Shown in pieces: positions 1 to 10,393 of a stretch of 29,503 bases of DNA. Within the stretch, counting starts at the first letter, position 1, and every line of letters starts with the position of its first letter. Position numbers and translations under genes: made by a program. Under the pieces are notes generated by a model that had not been told where the DNA came from, did not search any database, and saw nothing but the letters and a program-made list of their open reading frames with translations. Source of the DNA: Vermamoeba vermiformis (lineage: Eukaryota). The DNA lies in NCBI GenBank assembly GCA_045837725.1, contig JBEWZL010000096.1, positions 124,001 through 153,503 on the forward strand, given 5' to 3'.

Positions 1-707
1 CCTATATAGAACTGCGTTGAAATCCGTGGATAAATCCTCTACTGCGCCTATCTGGGACTCTTACTTGACTTTCTGCTTTGAAACTAAGATGCCTTTCGAA
101 GAGCTTCAGGCCATCTTCCAAGTACGTTAAAAGCTATACTGTTACTATATTTAGAGCTATCCTAATCGCACACCATGTTTAGAAAGCCATTGACTCTCGC
201 TCCGTTGGCTTAGAGAAGGTGAAAGAAGACGTTATCGGAAAGGCCATTGAGTACTTGACCACCGAGCAGATCCGTGACTTGTACCAAAGGTATGTCCTTG
301 CCTTACTCGGGCTCGTGATCATCGAAATCTAACCACTGGTCACAGGGCCTTGTTTACTAAGCCATGGAATATCTCCTTAATTGATCGCTGCCTCGACTAT
401 GAGGAGTCAATTCTACCGGATGTAAACAACAAGAGCAACTCCGTTGATTACAGCAAGATTCGCGAACTTTACGAGAAAGCCGTTGGCGAGTATGGCGTTT
501 CATCTCCTGGTAAGTACCATGGTACAGATATGATAGCTAACGGTACTAACCCTCGTGCCATCAGAACTCTGGCTCCGGTACATTACTTGGGAAAACAGCA
601 TTGGACAACTTCAAAAAGGCACTGCATTGTACTGGCGTGCGATGAAAACCGTCAAGGATGCTTCGACATTCTCAACACTGCATTCCCAATACATTAACAC
701 GCAATAA
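1..707 (+). CDS. UTP6: 3' part of a HAT-repeat protein, U3 snoRNA-associated protein 6 (UTP6)-like; 5' end outside the window
   Basis: Exons <1-121, 183-289, 346-509 and 565-707 join in frame across GT-AG introns: ...IWDSYLTFC...IRDLYQRALF...KIRELYEKAVGEYGVSSPELWLRYITWENSIGQLQKGTALYWRAMKTVKD...stop. The ending REyYErA..EfG...LW..Y...YWRAMK resembles the UTP6 C-terminus. AATAAA overlaps the stop. Confidence 0.8.
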
Positions 708-948
708 AGATCTGAATCTGATCGAACAAACAGAGACAAGTTAATGAAACTCCAATAATCTGCAATACCAAATTTCTGTTCGGATAATGATGAAAATTGT
801 GTACGCGGTCCAATTAATCGAAAAGATACGAAGAAGGAGTCTCGCCTTTTTGGAATTCCTCTTAGGTCATATGACTAAACAAGAACTTAAAATTCATGAA
901 GGCGATTTGATTTTGTTCAAACTCTCACACACCACACTACAACACAAC

Positions 949-1718
949 ATGTACCCTTACGGAGGAGGCTATCCCCAAACCACCGTCTATGGTGGCTATC
1001 CTGGTACCACTACCACGACTACTTACGTGTCCATCCCTCAAAGCTATGTTTACAACCCTTCCATGTACTACTATGAAGTTCCTTATGATCCCTTCATGCC
1101 CTTCATTCCTCCCATGGGTACGTACGATTATACATAGCTTCTTGACCAAGTTTATCGCATAAATTGCCGATTTTTGGACCCAAAATTAAATCTACCGAAT
1201 TTTTTTTTATCCTTTCAAAAAATGCTAAAAATATCAAATATGAAATCGTGAACTAACGTGATCGTGTACAGGTGTTCCTCCCCACATTGCTCAAAGAATG
1301 ATGAATGCCTCTGCTGTTTTCCGCAGATTCGACATGAACCGCTCTGGTATGATGGAATATAACGAATGGATGATGGCTATGTCTGCTTTGGGTATGTATA
1401 TCGCGCGATTGCTTATTTCTATGGTTATTTGAGCTAGGGAGCTCGCAGGAATTTCCCTCTTGAATTTGACCGTTTTTTTTTACTTTGGTGCCGATCTTGT
1501 TCTAACCGCCAGTATTTCAGGTTACATGATGAACCCTATGGACGCTCCTCGTTTGTTTGCTATGATCGACAGAGATCGCTCTGGCCGTATTAGCGGTAAG
1601 TGGTCTTTCACGAACGGATGAAACCTGAACCGAAACTTTTTTTTAACAAATCAATCTAATTGAATTTTTATATTCAGAGCGTGAATTCGTTGAATACTGG
1701 GCCCAATACGGCTGGTAA
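949..1718 (+). CDS. Small calcium-binding protein: Gly/Tyr/Pro/Thr-rich N-terminus plus two EF-hands
   Basis: Exons 949-1117, 1272-1391, 1521-1595 and 1678-1718 give MYPYGGGYPQTTVYGGYPGTTTTTTY...VFRRFDMNRSGMMEYNEWMMAMSALGYMMNPMDAPRLFAMIDRDRSGRISEREFVEYWAQYGW*. Two canonical loops: DMNRSGMMEYNE and DRDRSGRISERE. Confidence 0.88.
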
Positions 1719-2000
1719 ACGAGCTGCCTGCAAGCCGTGCAAAGGCGCCTCGAAGCTCGTGCACGAGAAATCCGTCCTTTACTTAGCGGTAAAATAAACT
1801 GTTTTTATTATTTTTCAGAAACGACTGCGTTTAATTATTCATATTTTCTTCGATTTCGGTATCATTACTGAGCTTTGGCCGCACCAAACTAGCTAGAGCG
1901 TAAATTTACGACCTAATCCGGCAAATTACGCCCGCTTGTGCGCGACCGAATCTTTCTATGAAACAAATGAGGTGTGATTTATTTCATATGTACAAGATTC

Positions 2001-2575
2001 TTAGTGCGAAGTAGCACTGGCGTGGGTAAGGTGTTGGATTTGGTTCAGTACGCGTCGAGTAGCAGACATTTTCGTTCCAAAGCGATTAATGCCGTCTTGT
2101 CGCAAGCGAGGAGCGTGTTCCTTTAGGTAGTTATCCAGACTAGCTCTGCGAAGACGGAAGAGATATTAGATTTAGTGGTGATGTTATGCGACAAGATGGT
2201 CAAAAAGTGGACAACATCCGCTTGTCAAGCAGAAATTTTTGAATTCGTACCTGTCCGTAACATAATAATGAACAGTGTGAAGCACTTTACTGTCATCTTT
2301 TGGCTGTCCTTCGTCTTCAGGGTTGCGATTGAACCTAAAATTAGATCCAATTAATTTCAAAAAATCTTTGAGCTTGCTAAAAGACAAAAATTGAATTTTT
2401 GCAATCATTTCATCTTCAATGAGATATATAATAACACGGAAATTTGGACTTACCATCGTGCGTCGACAAATCCAGGACATTTCAAAAGTTCGCCAATGTG
2501 CCCGGGCAACCAGGCGCTAAAATCGGCATTAATGTCCTTATCAATGCTCAAATTAACCTCGTAAACGATGCTCAT
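2001..2575 (-). CDS. DUF4286-family small protein
   Basis: Exons 2575-2454, 2334-2251 and 2145-2001 give MSIVYEVNLSIDKDINADFSAWLPGHIGELLKCPGFVDARWFNRNPEDEGQPKDDSKVLHTVHYYVTDRASLDNYLKEHAPRLRQDGINRFGTKMSATRRVL...*. YEVNL, W..HI.E.L..PGF and L..YL.EHAPRLR..G..RFG are typical DUF4286 motifs. The ORF track does not recover this gene correctly. Confidence 0.82.
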
Positions 2576-2684
2576 TTATCTTTGGAAGTAAAATACTGTT
2601 GTGGTGCTTGGTTTCAATAGTTATTTTTATGTTGAGAAGTCATACACAGCTCAAATAGAGTTTAGACGCACGGAAATAACGTCA
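2576..2684. promoter_or_regulatory. Short divergent intergenic region, probable bidirectional promoter
   Basis: Only about 110 bp separate the start codons at 2575 (-) and 2685 (+). Confidence 0.5.
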
Positions 2685-3795
2685 ATGGCATTGAATATAA
2701 TATTAGTGATATTTGCACTGCTATTTGGATTAGTTGTCACTCAGCAACTTCCAATTCCCGCGAGGTACGACGGAATGTCCATTGGTAAGTCCGTCATAGT
2801 GCAAGCATTAATAACTCAAAAAGTATTATAGGTATTATAGAAATATTATATGTAATGGAATGAATTAAGCTGTTCAATTAATGCTTTTAAATATAAAATT
2901 CCCTCGACCTTTCTTGATCTGTTTGTCTTTGCCGACGAAAGGATCCTAATAGCCCAATAATTTGATAGGAAATCCTACTGCGCCTATTTGGATCGAAGAG
3001 TTCGCCGATCTGCAGTGTCCGGGTTGTCAATCCGCTCATCCAGTCATCAAACAAGTCTTAGCACACTATGGCCCCAACACCGTATATTTCACTCAACACT
3101 TGTACCCTTTGCAGTTACATAGACAAGCATGGGACGCGCACAAGGTACATATTTTGTACAACATATCCTTTTATAATTTTGATTTTTTAAGGCCGCTGCA
3201 ATTGTTGCCAAATACTCTCCTAAACGTATGTTCGAGGTTCAATATAATAATATGGTTAGTATAGTCGTATTAACGCTATTATAAGAATACTGGAACTTCA
3301 TCGACTACATGTTCGCGCATCAAAGCGAGTTCTACAATTCAGTCTACTTCAACAAGACTGAAAAAGATCTCTTCGATCAATTTGCAGGCTATGCTAAAGG
3401 CTTTGGAGTCAGCACTTCAACGTTTTTAACTGAAATGAACGGAAATTACGCTTACAGCGTCGCCGATAGGTAACTAAACCGCCCTTATTCGAACAATTAT
3501 TATGATACATACAGATATCGTTGATGACATAAAAATCGTATATTAGAATATTTTCATCGATAGAAGTTGTTTTGTAACGAATTCTTTTCAGCGGTAAAAA
3601 CACCGGAATTTCGCGTCAAGTGTACGGCACGCCTACCTTCTTTGTGAACGGAGTTAAAGCTACACAGATTGATTCGAGTTGGGGCATTGACGACTGGACC
3701 GGTTTTATCGGTAAGATAATTCGTTCCGTACATTTCTTGGTTTAAGGTTTTGACCCACAAATTTTTCAGATTCGCTGCTTGGAAACAATAACTGA
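2685..3795 (+). CDS. Secreted DsbA/Thioredoxin_4-type disulfide oxidoreductase
   Basis: Hydrophobic signal peptide MALNIILVIFALLFGLVVT, then GNPTAPIWIEEFADLQCPGC (CxxC), YPLQLHRQA, YWNFIDYMFAHQ and VYGTPTFFVNG (cis-Pro loop). Multiple GT-AG introns; stop TGA at 3793-3795. Confidence 0.88.
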
Positions 3796-3810
3796 TGTCG
3801 TGCTTGGTAG

Positions 3811-3840
3811 AGCCAATAAATGTTTGAAATAGCCAATAAA
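3811..3840 (+). terminator. Tandem polyadenylation-signal-like repeat AGCCAATAAA x2
   Basis: AGCCAATAAA at 3811-3820 and 3831-3840, directly after the DsbA-like stop codon. Confidence 0.45.
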
Positions 3841-3951
3841 GGCAATTATTCTGGCAAGTGCGGATCCTGTTTCGTGCTCGCTTTATTATAAGTTAGATGG
3901 GTCATCAAACAAACTATGGTGGCGAAATGCCAAAAGTGGTTACTAAAATAT

Positions 3952-6900
3952 TTAATTTGTACGAGAATCGAAATCCAAGACAATCATGCTCGTTGAACCG
4001 GATTCACGATCCGCTGAAAACGCTGCGTATCGAGAATTTAAAATTGGATGACCAACAGAACCGCTAGGCAAGATGAGTGTATCATCCCAAGTATTGTTCT
4101 TCAAGTTCCATACGATTCCTACTCCTCGATCCGAAGTGATCGTACGATAGGCACCGTTGGTGAACCGAGAATTCTACGATTAATTAGGAAACATTTCCAA
4201 GTATTTAGCATTGATTTAACGTACGATTCTATTATTCTGGTGTAGTATCTTCATAGTTCTAATGTCAATGACGGCACTGCGAGAGGGATCCGGGGATGTA
4301 GCACTAATCAAATGTTCGTCTAAAATATCAATAGACTGATATTCCATTCGATTTGTCTGGCATGTTTGCAACTTCGCGTAAGTGCTCATCGTAAATGTTA
4401 ATGCTGTTTTTCGAGTTACTGATAATATAGTCTCCGGCGATGTGTTTCTTTGCTTCTAAAATACCTCTATCGGGGAATGTTGCCACTACACTTTGTAATT
4501 CGATGTCGAAGACCACTGCCATATAGCGTTAATACTGGCGAATGTATTTGAAGTGTTTCGCACAGATCTTATGAATTTGAATGCGTGAATTGACGCGTGT
4601 CAAACATGTCATTTTGACACTATTTTCAGGTTGTAACATTTTTTGAAGAAGTTATTCAATGCAATCACTTTGACACGTGTCAAACGTCAGACTTACTGTA
4701 GCCGACAATGAATGTCTTAGGCGTCAATGGAGCCACAGATGGGTATTCAATGCCAAGCAGTGGCTCAATCCCAAATTCTGCTACCGTGTGGTACATCGAT
4801 TTGTAATTGACATAATACGAAAATTTGGTGTTGGACGATGCCACGAAACTCGGAATTTCGTCCGGTGTTGAATTCAAGTAGCCCACATGATTCGGGACGA
4901 ATGGCATTGCATGATATTGGATCTTATCATCGATACATTTCCAAAATACCAAGCCAGAGGGACTACTAGCACACAACCAATTTTCGTCGAATTGAAGTCC
5001 AGTCACATTTGCGTTGTTTTTGAACTTTAAAATCTTCTTGGTGAATTTTCCTTTCCTTAAATTCTCTGTAGCCCTATCGATATTAAAAGTCAATACCTAA
5101 TATAAGCCATGCCGATTATTACATCTGGACGTAATTTCAAGCTGTTCGATGACAGGTGTCACAATTTTTTTTCGTTCATGAACGAGCGTACCTCACCACC
5201 GATTCAGTTTTTTCGCGCCATGTTCTGTCGGAAGCGTCATTGTGAAGTCGCGAATACATTACTGGAAACGCAGTCTTCAGTGTTGTCTTCCAAAAGTACT
5301 CGCCGAATGATTCAGGCAACTTCTTCATCGTTTTGTTGACCGAGGCGAGGACTGCACGATCACGTGCTGGTAAGTGCATAAAAATCATTTCGGAGATTTC
5401 CAGAGGCAAGTGTTCGAATGGAAATTCCGTGTTGCCGTTAAACGTCATATCGTTTGTTTGAGGAGGCTCAAGGCTTTTCCAATGCGCTTAAAAAAATAAA
5501 GTATTGTTAATAGTGCTCGTAAAAATGTTCGTTAGGTGTTAAATACTTCGTTGGGCTTCCAATATTAGTGGCGAAGAGCGACCGTTGGTAAACGGAACCA
5601 GAAATTCTTCAGGAAACAATTTTTCGATTTTCTCGACCGATATGTCGTTATTTTCTAGCAAGAGCTCTTTGACAGCCGTTACGAAGTCTGAAAAAAAGTT
5701 AAAGATTAAAATTTTGGTTCGTAACGGGACCGGAGTGACATACTTTCCAAATGATTACTATTCAAAGGATGTTTTAGTCCGTATAAAGGACGGTAATCTC
5801 CATCCCTTTTAAAAAAAGTGTAAATAACGTAACAGGTCGCGGATCGATTACGTACCATTTCAAAAGGTGCTTGAATTGTTGCACCGTTAAGTGGGGCATA
5901 AACACATCATAATCATTAGCTCGCTTAATAAGCTCTTGAAGTAGATTATTGCTAGGTCCGAATTGCACTGAAAAAAAATAAGTCGTTAGATCGTGACTTT
6001 TTGACGACCTGGATCTCAATCTAATACCAAATATGTTGATGATAATGATAGCTTACATTTTTCTGCACCAACGGCTCGAATAATATATGGTAATGCGTGG
6101 GTTCTTGTTTGATCTTGAAGACAGATCCTGACCGGTGAATTGCAGCACGGATCTTCCACCAACAGATTTTTCTCCGCTAAATGATGGAGCAAATGAATTC
6201 GTTTTTCTTTTGTTAGTCTTCTTGACTTCACTATGGAATAGGTAAGCGTTTTCGAGTACGCTTTATTCCTGGCGAGTTTTGTTTCGAACGGATCCGCTCC
6301 AAGTTTCAGCATTGTGAACAATACTTTTGGATAGTGCTTTGCTCGGAATAGCGATAGTTGTTTTGCTTGATACAACAATTTCATTGACTCGTGACGTTGT
6401 TCTGCATCCAGTTTTTTCCTTCGCTTAATGTCGAAATCTGATAAATATCCAAGGTTAGCAACTAGCCTAATATTAGACAATTTTATTACGAAATTTAATC
6501 GCCATCATATTTTTCATTGAGAGGTTTATTTATGTCCCGTAAATTAGTACCCTTCAAAAAATCAACTTTGATGAAACATACCGAAATACTTTTCCCACGG
6601 CATGTATACTTTGAGAATAGCTACCAAATTTTCTTTTGTAATTTTATGCCATAACGCAGCACGCTGATCATCGTTCAGAGGCGAGATCAGGAAAATCAAT
6701 TTTGACAATGATTCAGCGAGCTCAAAATATTTATTATTCTGGGTTTCTACAGCCTATTAGATATGGTTCGAATTAATATCGCTAAATACAGTAAATGAAT
6801 TTTTAACATTATTTTTTCTGGGATGACTTACAGAACGTATTGAGGTGTCCATTGCTCGACGTAAAATAGCTGTATCGGGCACTTTCATATTGAAGATCTA

Positions 6901-6979
6901 ATGTTTTTTGTAGAGCGTTAATCAAGTGCTCTTCAGAAACGCATCTGATTAAGTCTAAGACAATGTCACTGTCTTCCAT
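3952..6979 (-). pseudogene. Paralogue A: helical N-domain + F-box + degenerate WD40 (FBXW-like), with two apparent frameshifts
   Basis: Exon structure matches paralogue B. Contains the F-box FEHLPLEISEMIFMHLPARD, the linker RATENLRKGKF..VTGLQFDENWL and the C-terminus MIVLDFDSRTN*. Relative to B the frame breaks near 6892 and between about 4372 and 4331. Confidence 0.7.
4669..4684. repeat. Palindrome TTTGACACGTGTCAAA (intronic)
   Basis: Perfect 16-bp palindrome in an intron of paralogue A. The variant TGACGCGTGTCA lies at 4591-4602 in the same intron. Confidence 0.85.
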
Positions 6980-7121
6980 GGGGCTTAATGTACGTAGATC
7001 TATTGGCTAATTTGTATGTATGTAGTGCATTAATCATACATATCACTTACAGGGTGATAAAAATCGCTGCAATCAATTTGTATTTTTTTAGGTCGCACGT
7101 GTCATGAAATTTCATGGGCTG

Positions 7122-7133
7122 TGACACGTGTCA
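7122..7133. repeat. Palindrome TGACACGTGTCA (intergenic)
   Basis: Perfect copy between the two F-box paralogues. A partial copy, GCACGTGTCA, lies at 7095-7104. Confidence 0.85.
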
Positions 7134-7203
7134 TTACAGTTGTCTTTCTCAGATCCAAAAGTACGATCGATACGTGGTAATTCACGGCAATCTTGCACGT
7201 GGT

Positions 7204-10087
7204 TTAATTTAAAATTGAGTCAAAGTCCAAAACGATCATTTTGGAGTACCTCGGCTCGGCGTGTAATGGAAATACAGCGTATCGTGAGTTACTAATATGG
7301 TTGTAAAGATTTGCTTCATTTGGCAGGGCAAAATTAGTCTCCCAAGTGTTGGTCTTCAAGTTCCATACGGTGCAGACACCTTTTTCAACTAACAATGAAC
7401 GGTACGCGCCATTTGTATTACCAAGCCACTGAAAAAAAAGTTGTTAGCGTTTTAATCTAACGCTTTTTTTTTGAATTAAATATTACCACTTTCATGTTGG
7501 TGTGTAAAGCCTGCATTGTTCTAATGTCAATGACTGAGTTGTCGTTATTGAGGTAGACCAAATTATCATCCAAAATTGTTAGCGAGCGTGTGAAGTGATG
7601 ATTTTCAGATCCCGGAAAATGATATTTGGCGACTTCTCGAAGGTCTTTGTCGTATATGACCACATCAGTTTGAGTAACGCCCACGATGTTATCGCTAAAA
7701 AGCTGTTTTTTGGCTGAGTGGACGTCGTCTTTTGGAAAGTTCGCCACTACTTTCTCTAGTTCAATATCGAAAATGCCTAAGGTAGCAAAAATTAATATCG
7801 TTCGGTATTTCCAAATCGGCTAAAATGAATACGCGCACTGTTGTAAAGAGCGTATAAAATTTAAGGAAGAAAAACTTACTGTGACCGAAAATAAATTTTC
7901 TTGGTGACAATGGCGTAGCGAACGGGGACATTCCGAATGTGCGTTTGAGTTTTAAGTCCGCGATATTGAAGCACTTTGATGTATTGTTAATATGATAGTA
8001 GATCTTGTCGCGATCGTAGCAAACAATGCTCGGAACTTCAAAGGGAGTCGAGTTCAAATACTTAACGCTATAAGGCGAAAATGGTAGTTGATGACAATGG
8101 TCAAATTCGAGGCCGCCATCGTTGCAGTTCCAAAACATCAAGTTTGATCCCGTACCAGCGCATAACCAATACTCGTCAAAGTTCTGTGCAGTGACACTTG
8201 ATACGAATTTTTTGAACGTGAGCGTCTTTCGAACGAATCTTCCATGCTTTAAGTTTTCAGCCGATCTACATGTTACTGCAGTTACTAAGAATTCATGAAA
8301 ATGACAGGAAATGTCAAAGTGTCATTTTGAATGACACGTGTCAACGACTTGGCAATAACATACCTTATTGCTGATAATGTCCTTTCGTGCCACGTTTTGT
8401 CCGATGTACCGTTTTGAAGGTGCGAGTACACGACTGGAAAGGCTGTTCTTAGTGTAGTTTTCCAAAAGTACTCGCCGAAGGAGTCTTTCAGCCTGTGCAT
8501 GTACTTGTTCACAGATAATAGTTGAAATCGATCGATTGCTGGCAAGTAGGTACAGATCATCTCGGAGATTTCAACGGGTAAATGTTCGAACGGAAATTCA
8601 GTACTGCCGTTGAACCTCAGATTCGCTGTAGGTTTGACGGATAGTTGGGCGTTTCTCCAATATTCTAATAATATATAAGTAAATAACAAGCATTATTTTA
8701 GTTAGTTGGAAAATTTTGGATCGTACTTGTTGCGGCATCCGCAAGTTTAGAGCATTCTTGGTTGCTGTATTGGACGAAAAATTCAGCAGGCAGTAAGTGT
8801 AACAGTCTTTCCACAGAAATAGTAGGATGTTCTTGCAATAACTCCTTGATTGCCGTAAAGAAATCTGATAAAAAATTAAGAATTGTTTTCGCGTGCGCAA
8901 TTTATCAAACGTACTCTCAAAATTAACGCATTTTTTGGGCGTCTCCATCGAATAAAGGGCTAGAAAAGAATTATTCGGCCTGAGAATAAGGCGTTAATTA
9001 TTGAAAAATACGACGCTCTTTTCATGAACGAACTTACTGCCGTAATAACAATTTGATTTGTTCGACAGTTAAATACGATAATATATTCTCGTACTGGCGA
9101 CTTTTGCGACAATCTTGCAGAATATTATCTCCTTGGAATTGCACTACGTAGTTTCAAAAGTGAGTTTGACACGACGTTTTGAAGACCAAAGCTTAGTATA
9201 GTAATACACTATAATATCGTATTTGACTTACCTTTATCAATGGTGCCGGCCTTTAACATAAATTTCAATGCGTACCGTTTACGATCATCAGTAAGGCAGA
9301 TCTGGATCGGTGAAATGTTGTCTGGACCACTCGGATCTGCTCGCAATAAATTTCTTAGTGATAATTGACGCAGTAACTCCAGTCGTTTCTGTCTTTTTAG
9401 CTTTTTTGATGTCAATATGGCGCATGTAAGCGTTTTCGAGTACGTGTTATTCTTGGCAAGTTTCTTTTCGAACGGATCTGCTCCAAGTCTCAATAAGGTG
9501 AATAACACTTTTGAGTAATGCTTGGCTCGGAATAGTGAAAGTCTTTTTGCATTGTAAAGTGCTTTCATTGGTTCGTAACATTGTTTTGCGTTCAAACTGT
9601 GTTTTAACTCCCAATCTGCAACGCGTTAACGACGGATCTGATGCAGGAAAAAAGTCAAGTGACAGATCTTACCAAAAAATTTCTCCCAAGACCATCTTTC
9701 CTTTTCCTCTTCAATAAGAGCTGGTGTTTTATCTCCATCTAGTATTTCCGTCCAAATTAACCCGCGTTGATCCGTTTTCAGTAGTGGGATCACGCTTAGC
9801 CATAGTGCTAACGATTCAGCAAATTCAAAATATTTATTTTCTTGCTTTTCTACCGCCTAAATATATTATACGAGTTACTAACACGCGAATGTCATTAATT
9901 GAATTAAATTCTATTTTGAGATGAGACTTACTAATACAATTGAAGCGTCCATTGCTTGGCGCAAAATTGTAAAATTCGGGGCAATCATATTTTGTTTTAA
10001 TATTTGTTGAAGATTTTTGTTTGCGTCCTCAGCAACAGCGCATCCAACAATGTCAGTCACGAGTTTGAAGTTTTCAACTGCTGCCAT
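7204..10087 (-). CDS. Paralogue B: helical N-domain + F-box + degenerate WD40 (FBXW-like), apparently intact
   Basis: All exon joins checked stay in frame from ATG 10087 (MAAVENFKLV) through LLRLGADPF, the F-box FEHLPVEISEMICTYLPAID and RSAENLKHGRF..VTAQNFDEYWL to MIVLDFDSILN*. The ENxxxGrF linker and terminal VLDFD recall FBXW7/beta-TrCP-type proteins. Confidence 0.8.
8332..8343. repeat. Palindrome TGACACGTGTCA (intronic)
   Basis: Perfect copy in the intron after the F-box exon of paralogue B. The equivalent intron of A has TGACAGGTGTCA at 5150-5161. Confidence 0.85.
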
Positions 10088-10393
10088 GGTGAATTAACAC
10101 TAGTCAGAGAAATCTATGGAATACTGCAGTATTGGCTCGTGTTCGACGGCACGGCCCAACGAAAATAATCGGATGAAAAACAAGAATCTTTTATCGCTTA
10201 TTTTGACGATCACATTCACAAGATTACAACAAAGAAATACCCAAACGAAAATTAGTAATGTAATTGGTTGCTAAAAAATTACTGCTAGAGTTTTACGGAC
10301 GTTCAGCCTTTTCTTGGCACTTTCAAATGCCAACCCGCGAAATAGTCTCGTTTAATAATTTGCAAAATATTGTTATATTATCGATAATATAAG

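Noticed and set aside
787-948. Upstream extension of the ORF 787-1137
   Set aside because: It looks like intergenic/UTR sequence. The ATG at 949 follows a CA-rich leader and begins the compositionally distinct protein.
2184-2480. 98-aa ORF MSWICRRT... from the ORF track
   Set aside because: It starts in the wrong frame and reads through introns. The real gene starts at 2575.
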